The notes beneath the pieces were generated by a model that ran no database searches, was not told where the DNA came from, and worked only from the letters and a program-made list of their open reading frames with translations. A stretch of 64,000 nt of DNA from Verrucomicrobiia bacterium (GTDB lineage Bacteria; Verrucomicrobiota; Verrucomicrobiia; Limisphaerales; UBA1319), in assembly GCA_963664225.1 (NCBI GenBank), contig OY760937.1, forward strand, positions 1,920,001 to 1,984,000, read 5' to 3'. The stretch's first letter is position 1. The number at the start of each line of letters is the position of its first letter. A program made the translations under genes and the position numbers. This document shows positions 58,639-64,000 of this stretch, one piece after another.

Positions 58639-59272
58639 AGCCGGTCTGGAGACCGGCGCTCCGAAGACTCAGCGCGCGAGGGCATTTGAAACCGTATGAC
58701 AAGGGGACACACAAAGCCGGTCTGGAGACCGGCGCTCCGAAGACTCAGCGCGCGAGGGCATTTGAAACCGTATGACAAAGGGACACACAAAGCCGGTCTG
58801 GAGACCGGCGCTCCGAAGACTCGGTGCGCGAAGGCATTTGAAACCGTATGACAAGGGGACACACAAAGCCGGTCTGGAGACCGGCGCTCCGAAGACTCAG
58901 CGCGCGAGGGCATTTGAAACCGTATGACAAAGGGACACACAAAGCCGGTCTGGAGACCGGCGCTCCGAAGACTCGGCGCGCGAGGGCATTTGAAACCGTC
59001 TGACAAGGGGACACACATAGCCGGTCTGGAGACCGGCGCTCCGAAGACTCGGTGCGCGAAGGCATTTGAAACCGTCTGACAAGGGGACACACAAAGCCGG
59101 TCTGGAGACCGGCGCTCCGAAGACTCGGCGCGCGAGGGCATTTGAAACCGTATGACAAGGGGACACACAAAGCCGGTCTGGAGACCGGCGCTCCGAAGAC
59201 TCAGCGCGCGAGGGCATTTGAAACCGTATGACAAGGGGACACACAAAGCCGGTCTGGAGACCGGCGCTCCGA
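58639..59272. repeat. 76-bp tandem repeat, 8 full units + 1 partial, each carrying a REP-like palindrome
   Basis: Unit agccggtctggagaccggcgctccgaagactc(a/g)g(c/t)gcgcga(g/a)ggcatttgaaaccgt(a/c)tgacaa(g/a)gggacacaca(a/t); starts at 58639, 58715 ... 59247. Confidence 0.95.
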
Positions 59273-59423
59273 CTGCCGGAGAGGGCAGTAATACGGTCCC
59301 AGGATTTGCATTGAGCCGCCACGGTTCTTAACCTATTATTTTAAAACATTGCCCGACCTCCACGAGGTGGCTGCAAACGCAGCCGCTGGAGCGCGGGTTT
59401 TATCATCACAATTGGGAGAAATT

Positions 59424-60548
59424 ATGAGAAATACAGTTCTGGCCGCCACCCTGGCCATCGGGCTGGGCGCATTTGTGGCCGCGGAGGCTTCCGCTGCCGG
59501 CACGATCGAGAAATCGGTCTTTGGAAAACTGGCCGATGGCACATCCGTCGAGCTTTACACGCTGACCAATGCCAAGGGACTTGTCATGAAGGTCATGACC
59601 TACGGCGCGGTGATGACCGAGCTGCAGGTGCCGGACCGCAACGGCAAAATCAGCGACATCACGCTCGGCTTCGATAACCTCGAGCAATACACCGGCGAGC
59701 ATCCTTATTTCGGTTCCACCATCGGGCGCGTGGCCAACCGCATCGCCAAGGGCAAATTCACGCTGGATGGCAAGGATTACACCCTGGCGGTCAACAACGG
59801 CGTCAACGCGCTGCACGGCGGCATCAAGGGCTTTAACCGCGTGATCTGGCAGGCCGAGCCGATCCAGGGCAAGAAAGAAGTCTCCGTCAAATTCAGCTAT
59901 GTCAGCAAGGACGGCGAGGAAGGTTACCCGGGCAGCGTCAATGTCACCGTCACCTACACCCTGACTGACAAGAACGAACTCAAGCTCGAATACACCGCCA
60001 CAACGGACAAGGCCACCCCGATCAATCTCACCAACCATACCTATTACAACCTGGCGGGCGAAGGCGACATCCTCGGCCATGAAATGTGGCTGAACGCGAA
60101 ATATTATACCCCGGTGGATGACACGCTCATCCCCACGGGTGAACTGGCCCCCGTCAAAGGCACCCCGATGGACTTCACCAAGCCCCATCCGATCGGCGAT
60201 CGCCTTGGCGAACTTACGAACAAACCCCAAGGCTACGACCACAACTACGTGCTCAACCGCAGGAAAAACAGCGACAACCTCATTTACGCCCTGTGCGTGC
60301 GCGAGCCCAAGAGCGGTCGCGTCATGAAAGTTTACACCACCGAGCCGGGCATCCAGTTCTACACAGGCAACTTCCTGGACGGCACGCTCAAGGGCAAAGG
60401 CGGCACGGTGTATAAGCAACATACCGCATTCTGCGTCGAAGCCGACCACTTCCCCGATGGCATCCACCAGCCGAATTTCCCGAACACGATTCTGCGTCCG
60501 GGTCAGACCTATCATCAGTTGACGGTCGAGAAATTCTCGACCTACTGA
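59424..60548 (+). CDS. galM: Aldose 1-epimerase (galactose mutarotase) with signal peptide
   Basis: 'YFGSTIGRVANRI', 'LHGG', 'EGYPG', 'NLTNHTYYNL', 'GYDHNY', 'QFYTGNFL'. Confidence 0.93.
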   Translation: MRNTVLAATLAIGLGAFVAAEASAAGTIEKSVFGKLADGTSVELYTLTNAKGLVMKVMTYGAVMTELQVPDRNGKISDITLGFDNLEQYTGEHPYFGSTIGRVANRIAKGKFTLDGKDYTLAVNNGVNALHGGIKGFNRVIWQAEPIQGKKEVSVKFSYVSKDGEEGYPGSVNVTVTYTLTDKNELKLEYTATTDKATPINLTNHTYYNLAGEGDILGHEMWLNAKYYTPVDDTLIPTGELAPVKGTPMDFTKPHPIGDRLGELTNKPQGYDHNYVLNRRKNSDNLIYALCVREPKSGRVMKVYTTEPGIQFYTGNFLDGTLKGKGGTVYKQHTAFCVEADHFPDGIHQPNFPNTILRPGQTYHQLTVEKFSTY

Positions 60549-60588
60549 GAGCGTCCGCAGAGATCGTCATTCGCGGATAAGATTCGAA

Positions 60589-60616
60589 GGGCCGGGGATT
60601 TTCCCCGGCCTTTTTT
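60589..60616 (+). terminator. Intrinsic terminator
   Basis: ggccgggga-ttt-tccccggcc followed by T6. Confidence 0.85.
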
Positions 60617-60667
60617 GTTTTTGAGGGGTCAAGGGCTGAAGGCCCGCGCCATCCGCCAAACGCCGGC

Positions 60668-62803
60668 TTAGACCACTTCCATGGGGCAATGAGGGAGGGC
60701 GTTTAGGAAGGCCTGGCCGTAGGCCTTGGCCAGGACGCGATTATCCAGAACGGCGACGATGCCCTTGTCGTCCTTGCGCCGGATGAGCCGCCCCACGCCC
60801 TGTCGGAATTTCAATATCGCCTCCGGGAGCGAATAGTCCCCAAAGGCGTTGCCTCCCCTGGCCTCGATCTGTTCGATGCGCGCCTCGATCAATGGATGAT
60901 CCGGCACCGCAAAAGGCAGGCGCGTGATGATGACGTTGGAGAGCGATTCACCGGGAACGTCCACGCCCTGCCAGAAACTGTCCGTGCCGAACAGGACGGA
61001 ATCCACGTCATCCTTGAATTTCTCGAGCATCAACGAGCGCGGCGTGCCTGTGGCCTGCACAAAACATTCAATGCCCAGTTCGTCGAATAGCGGGGCCATG
61101 CGCTCGGCCGTCCGATGCATCAGCCGCAGGCTGGTGAACAGCACGAAGGCCTTGCCGTGGGTCATTTTGACAAAGTGCCCGATCCAATAAACCAACGCGT
61201 CCTCGTATTCGGGAGCGCGGGGATCCGGCATTTTACCCGCGACAAAGAGCTTCATCTGCGTGGAATAATCGAAGGGCGATCCCACCTGCAGCATCCGCGC
61301 CTCGTCCCCACCCACGCGACGGGCCACATAGTCCAGACCGCGCGGAACGACGCGGCCCCTGCGCGCACGCGATGCGGTGGCGGGCTTGGTTTCCCCGTCC
61401 GCGGTGTTTTCAGGGCAGGTGGTGGCCAGTGTGGCGCTGGTCATGATGACCGAGGTATCCGCGCCAAATAAACGCGCCTTTAAAAACGGCGCCACGTCGA
61501 TGGGCGCGGCGTTGAGCGAAAGGTTCTGCCGGTTCTTCCCGGACCGCTCCACCCAATACACGTTCTCCGGGTCGGACTGGCTCAAAAACACCGCCACTTC
61601 CTCGCGCAACTCGGCCAGGCGGCGGTTGCACTCGGCCAGTTCCTCGCCTGTGTCCTTATCCTCGGACCCCTTGATCATCGCGCTGATTTCCTCGCGCAAT
61701 CGCTGGATCGGCAGCGTCACCGTGTCCTGTGTGAGGTCCGGCTGGCGAATCCGCAACTCGGTCCAGTCCCGTCCGGTGGTCGAGGCGCCCGTGCCCGGTT
61801 TTGCGGATCGCGCGGAAGAACGCGCGAGCGGTTCGCAGGCCTCCTCGATGCGGGAGAAAAAGTCATCGGCCTGATGCAGCAAATCCACGACCAGGGGAAC
61901 CGTCTTGCCCTTGCCCAGGCTTGAGAGCAGGCCCTTGCCCGTGTGCTCGTTCCAGAGCCGCTGGAGGGCAAAGCGCATCTGTCCGCTGGAGACGTTCACG
62001 CCGATATGACGCGAAGCGACGTTCTCGAGCGTGTGCGCCTCGTCGAAGATGACAAAGTCGTTTTTGAAGAGAATGCCTTCGCGCGCGTTTTCCTCCAAAC
62101 CGCCCAAATGCGTAAAAAACAGGGTGTGGTTGAGCACCAGCACGTCCACGGTCAGAATCCGGCTGCGCACTTTTTGGAAAAAGCAGGAGCCGTGGTCTTT
62201 GGCAAAATCCGAGGGCGCGCCGCACAGCTTGGGGGAACACAGACCGCGCTCGGAACAGACCTGCGCCCAGACCTTGGGATCCGGTTCGGCGTCGAAATCC
62301 GAGAGGCTGCCGTCCTTCGTTGTCCTGGACCACTCGTAAATCCGGTGCAGCTCCTGGACTTCCGGGGAGGTGAACAATCCATCCGCATGCTGCATCGCGC
62401 GATGGAGCCGCCGCGTGCAAAGGTAATTCTGCCGCCCCTTGAGCATGGCATATTCGAAGCGCACCGGCAGCGCATGCGCGAGAACGGGCAGATCCTTGCA
62501 AATCAGTTGCTCCTGCAAATTGATCGTGTGCGTGGAGATGATCGCCTTTTTCTTCTGCGCCACCGCATACAGAATGGCGGGAACCAGATAGGCGAAACTC
62601 TTGCCCACGCCCGTGCCCGCCTCCACGATCAAATGCTCCTTGCCCTCCAGCGCGCGCGCCACCGCCACGGCCATTTGCTGCTGCTGGGGGCGATATTCAA
62701 AATTGGGGGACTTGGATAAAACCCCTGTCGGGGAGAAAATTTCCTCCACTTGGGCAATCAAATCCGTGCCCTGCCCCGCTGTCTGGTCGAGAAAGCCGAT
62801 CAT
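60668..62803 (-). CDS. DinG/YoaA-family ATP-dependent helicase
   Basis: 'RPQQ', 'EAGTGVGKS', Fe-S cysteines, 'DEAH', 'TSATL', 'FWQGVDVPG', 'RLPF', 'QGVGRLIR'. Confidence 0.92.
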   Translation of the reverse strand: MIGFLDQTAGQGTDLIAQVEEIFSPTGVLSKSPNFEYRPQQQQMAVAVARALEGKEHLIVEAGTGVGKSFAYLVPAILYAVAQKKKAIISTHTINLQEQLICKDLPVLAHALPVRFEYAMLKGRQNYLCTRRLHRAMQHADGLFTSPEVQELHRIYEWSRTTKDGSLSDFDAEPDPKVWAQVCSERGLCSPKLCGAPSDFAKDHGSCFFQKVRSRILTVDVLVLNHTLFFTHLGGLEENAREGILFKNDFVIFDEAHTLENVASRHIGVNVSSGQMRFALQRLWNEHTGKGLLSSLGKGKTVPLVVDLLHQADDFFSRIEEACEPLARSSARSAKPGTGASTTGRDWTELRIRQPDLTQDTVTLPIQRLREEISAMIKGSEDKDTGEELAECNRRLAELREEVAVFLSQSDPENVYWVERSGKNRQNLSLNAAPIDVAPFLKARLFGADTSVIMTSATLATTCPENTADGETKPATASRARRGRVVPRGLDYVARRVGGDEARMLQVGSPFDYSTQMKLFVAGKMPDPRAPEYEDALVYWIGHFVKMTHGKAFVLFTSLRLMHRTAERMAPLFDELGIECFVQATGTPRSLMLEKFKDDVDSVLFGTDSFWQGVDVPGESLSNVIITRLPFAVPDHPLIEARIEQIEARGGNAFGDYSLPEAILKFRQGVGRLIRRKDDKGIVAVLDNRVLAKAYGQAFLNALPHCPMEVV

Positions 62804-63111
62804 GCCTCCACAAACCGGCGCATGCCGCTCCCCAAAGGCTCATTGAAAACAAAACGGAATTCTCCGCAGGTTTCTGTTCTCAAGCGGGCTCTTAATTCAA
62901 ATATGTTTTTTGCACGGACCATCGAGCCCGGACACTATCCCAACCCGCCCCCCGCGTCCAGTGTCGCGCAAAAGGGTGTCGCAAAAGGGATAGAGGAAGA
63001 CGACGCACAATTTTCAATTCAATCAGACAGGACAATTTTCAGATCAGCCCACACGAAAATTATCCGATCAACTCACACGACAATTCCAACGAGGCGAAGT
63101 GCGCAGTGTAA

Positions 63112-63196
63112 GCAGGCTGGAAGCCTGCGATACGGCAGGTTGGAAACCTGCGCTACGAGGAAGGGGGACGATGCGGGGTTGGCAACCTGCGCTACT
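63112..63196. repeat. REP-like palindrome doublet (GTAGCGCAGGTTTCCAACCTGC family)
   Basis: gcaggctggaagcctgcgatacggcaggttggaaacctgcgctac. Confidence 0.7.
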
Positions 63197-63221
63197 CGCC
63201 TGGCTTGACCCTGGAAATCTG

Positions 63222-64000
63222 TCACAGTTTCATGAAACCGGTGTTATCGAAATACCATCTAAAGTCGGTGTTACGGCCCACGGCGTCGAATGGCTTGCTG
63301 GCCGGATAACCCTTTGTGGTGACGGGATAAATGCTCGTCGGGCTTCGCCACTTGTGGATTTCCGCGTGGCCATCTACAAAAGCGAAACCGGTGCCGCCGT
63401 TGTGATAAGTGGCGGGAATATCCGACCATCCGGTGGCTGTGGCACTATTGACAAAAAAGCCGTCGTTAATCGTATCGGCGTGTTCGTCGATGGTGACCCA
63501 AGTCTTGGAGGGGATGCGCGGCTGGGTGGCTTTTAGAAATTGGACGTAACCTTCATTGCCCCAGCTTTTACCCTGGGCGGTGACATCGTTGCCGTTGCTG
63601 AAGCGGCCAAACAAGGAATTCATCGAAATGCTCCGGCGACGTTCCCTGAAACCGGCGGCTTTCTGTTCCGCGGAAAGGTATTTGTCGGCAAGACACTTAT
63701 AGACCCCGAGGGAGCGTCCAACATAGGGGGCCAGGACACCATTTTTGACCAGGGCCTCATTGGTCACGCTCTGACCATCGACACCAGTGGTGATCCAGTT
63801 CATGACGTTGTTGACCCAGTTACCATAACGCCGGGTATTGATCTCGTCGAGAGTCTCGGCGACACCATAGTTATTCGCGACGCGCTCGTTGAAATCGAGG
63901 GTGTAGAGATGCCAGCCGGTCATGAGCTGGCGCAAATTATTGATGCAACCTATGGACAGGGTCTTGCTCTTGGCTTTACTGAGCGCGGGCAAAAGCATTC
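63222..64000 (-). CDS. Prepilin-type N-terminal / H-X9-DG domain protein (5' truncated)
   Basis: 'MLLPALSKAK....C.NNLRQL' and 'HNGGTGFAFVDGHAE'. Confidence 0.88.
   Translation of the reverse strand, partial: MLLPALSKAKSKTLSIGCINNLRQLMTGWHLYTLDFNERVANNYGVAETLDEINTRRYGNWVNNVMNWITTGVDGQSVTNEALVKNGVLAPYVGRSLGVYKCLADKYLSAEQKAAGFRERRRSISMNSLFGRFSNGNDVTAQGKSWGNEGYVQFLKATQPRIPSKTWVTIDEHADTINDGFFVNSATATGWSDIPATYHNGGTGFAFVDGHAEIHKWRSPTSIYPVTTKGYPASKPFDAVGRNTDFRWYFDNTGFMKL

Noticed and set aside
58639..59272. CRISPR array (or other repeat-spacer guide array)
   Set aside because: The sequence between palindromes is nearly identical in every unit, so there are no unique spacers, and no cas genes are in the window.
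58590..59322. Repetitive ORFs in the 76-bp array
   Set aside because: They are translations of a non-triplet DNA repeat cycling through frames, with no protein-like features.

Overview
GC-rich bacterial chromosomal segment whose gene content (DUF1080 proteins, an H-X9-DG/prepilin-type protein, FGE-domain lipoproteins, secreted proteins ending in (F/Y)YRV) suggests Verrucomicrobiota (inference). Core and carbohydrate genes include recG, ppx/gppA, cysK, a DinG-family helicase, a GH51 arabinofuranosidase, galM, an RlmN-family radical SAM enzyme and tRNA-Asp(GTC). Two accessory regions stand out. (1) A pilMNOPQ-like secretin operon (27705-22676) runs directly into three paralogous 1.0-1.2 kaa secreted proteins. 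Each has an NHL propeller, cohesin-like / dockerin-like / cohesin-like modules and a C-terminal (F/Y)YRV domain that six proteins in the window share. (2) A ~7.9 kb insertion (about 36690-44558) splits a TolB-like/FGE/MBOAT/SGNH operon. It holds an integron-like gene-cassette platform with no integrase in the window: four copies of a ~110 bp sigma70 promoter + attI-like module, seven small cassette ORFs and attC-like sites. Its duplicated frame carries different cassettes in each copy, and it also contains collapsed operon remnants and an 817-bp tandem repeat built from REP-like palindromes. A 76-bp tandem REP-like array (58639-59272) is not a CRISPR. All domain calls come from motif recognition by eye; no searches were run.
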